A stretch of DNA of 64,000 nucleotides, taken from Schmidtea polychroa. Taxonomy: Eukaryota. Where the stretch lies: NCBI GenBank assembly GCA_044892525.1, contig CM097885.1:45136001-45200000 (forward strand), read 5' to 3'. Position 1 is the stretch's first letter. Each line of letters begins with the position of its first letter. The notes beneath the pieces are model-generated. The model saw nothing but the letters and a program-made list of their open reading frames with translations, did not search any database and was not told where the DNA came from. This document shows, in pieces, positions 61,701-64,000 of the stretch. The translations under genes and the position numbers were made by a program.

Positions 61701-62517
61701 GTAATCATTAACAGATATAGGTTGCTTTTATTGTATATATAAATCTGTATTAAATTAAAAGAATTGAAAATTAATCAGAGGAAGATAAATAACAAATTAA
61801 ACCTCAGGCTGCTATATAATGTCATATGGGTGGAAGTTAAATATTTCTCTATTTAATAAGCAACACGAGCATAGCAATCACCGGGGTTTGGTTACCCTGG
61901 ACAGTGATTGCAAAGGTTCGGTTGCTATGAGGGAATATAAAATAAATAACTAATAAATAATAATAGAAAAATAAATAACAATAATTAGGAGAAACTAACA
62001 AAAAATAAAAACATTGAAAGTAAAATAAAATTTAACAAATGCAAGAACTATTTTAAGAAAATCAACTAAAACAACAAAGAAACATAAAAATACAAAAACA
62101 GACTCGAATAAAGTCGAAAGATAGTAGAAATACCAAATTCTAGACAAAATTCCAGAACAATTCATAAAAATGGCGAAATCAATCATGGAAGCCATTCAAA
62201 TCAATAAAATTTAATAAAAATAGATAAATTAGTTCTAAAAATAAAAATTCAAATTTAAGAATTCAGAAAAAACGGTGCTAAAATAAAATTAGACTTTAAT
62301 TAAATTAAAGTCAAATTTTAAAATTGGAATGTTCTGGAAATGCCCAAATCCATCATGGAAGCCAATTTAACAGAAAATAATTAAAAAATAAAAATCATGG
62401 TCCTAAAATCACCATTAAAATCATCAAAAATGTAAAATAGGATATTCTAGAATTAAAAAGTATTCGATTTTGTTTTACTACATCAACGCACACATACGTA
62501 TTTTCACACACAAAAAT

Positions 62518-62560
<43 letters not shown>

Positions 62561-64000
62561 GCCACATTTTAGTCACAAAAAACACTCTATGCCAAATATT
62601 TTTTCTTTACTATTAGTTTGTGAAATCAAATCGTAAACTATTAGTAAGAATGATAATTTGTATTGTTATAATATGATTGTAATATACCTATTAATATAAA
62701 TTTCAATGATAAATTTTAATTTTTTTTACATCTTTCTAGTATGTAAGAGGGGTCAAAATCAAATCGATTAATCTTCGATGTTGATCCGTCTTGCATTTAA
62801 ACTCTCAATTTTTAGCGTCATTGAGCACACATCCATTGTTGCGGGGTCGTCGTAGGTCGTACCGACTCAGTGGTATATGCCACTGGGCTTTTTGATAAAT
62901 AGCCTCTGGTACGGCGGAGTTCTCAGGACTCGGTATATTATTATTATATTCCGGTAGTACATTGCCGATCCACATAACATTAAGGCTTGTCGTAGTGGAC
63001 GGGGCGTCCTAGGATTCCCATTATAGTCACTACTTATAAACCAATATTTTAATATTTCCACATTTCCATATTTTAATATTTTCATATTTTAATATTTTAA
63101 TATAATAATAATTTTAATAATTTCATATTTTAATATAATAATAATTTTAATATATTAATAATTTCAATATTTTATTTTAATAATTTTAAATATTTTAATA
63201 ATTGAAAAATATAAAAATTTCTAAGAGATGTCCTTGAATAATTACCTTAAAAATTTGTACAGGTACTAAATCGAGTATGCTGATCAATATTTCGTTAAAA
63301 AAATTTGAAAAAAAGTGACCGAAATGGGTTTTGAACCCATTGGTATTGACAATATTTACTGCTATATATACTAAAAAATAAGTTGTTATTGTGTGAATAT
63401 TTATTAATGAAATTAATAATTAATTTTTTTTTATTTGTAATCTTGATGTCTTGTAATTTAAAGAATAAAAAAAAATTTATGAAATAGTAAAATTGCTCTG
63501 AGAGGACAGTGGTATTTGTTTTTTTTCCACCGTCCTCTCAAAAGTTTTTTTTTGATCCGGATCATTTTTTTATTTATCATTTTTGACCTCTTTCGGTTAT
63601 CGAATCTCTTCCAATATACAAGCTGCTTAGACTCAGACATCAGAATCAATTCAATAGTTGTAATGCATCTCAATGGTGTTATTATCAGCATTACCGAAAG
63701 TACAAATGAGTTCGAATGTACAAAATAAAAATGATAAAATTTCCGACCGAATCAATTCTTTTTAATTTGGCTTGTAAATAATTTAACGGGATATTGATTA
63801 TTTTATCTGTAACTTAAAATAATAATTTTAACCAAAATGTATTGGAAATATTTTAAAATAATATAAAAATTTAAATCATTTAAAACATCTTTCCTATATT
63901 GCAAGCAAATAAACGATAACTGTTCAAAATATTAAAAAAATCTAATTGTCAATAATAAAACTTGGAATGTGTAGTAAAATCTATTAAAATACACCATGTA

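Overview
Very AT-rich, transposon-dense eukaryotic DNA with three N gaps (39748-39905, 51139-51394, 56072-56236). It is most likely a planarian flatworm, inferred from a two-exon FDPIQFamide/FDPIMFamide neuropeptide precursor at 11411-11850 (-), the only clearly intact host gene. The most striking object is a young, complete 9.3-kb Ty3/gypsy-type LTR element at 25320-34665 (+), with an ATAT TSD, a tRNA-Trp PBS and a PPT. It has no recognisable RT, RNase H or integrase. It encodes Gag (two CCHC knuckles) fused to two ubiquitin-like domains, then one in-frame TGA, then a Bcl-2-like domain with a transmembrane anchor. Its 3' region carries an antisense, decayed fragment of a HUWE1-type HECT E3 ligase gene. 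The window also holds an intact Penelope-like element (RT + GIY-YIG) whose terminal repeats contain a minimal hammerhead ribozyme with a U3-A8 core variant, and two further hammerhead-bearing repeats. Other content: related LTRs of the Bcl-2 element, three solo LTRs of a second family sharing a covarying hairpin, hAT, pogo, Merlin and piggyBac elements and MITEs, Polinton polymerase fragments, a degenerate epoxide hydrolase ORF, and a cluster of symmetric mini-exons. All protein-family calls are by-eye motif recognition; no searches were run.
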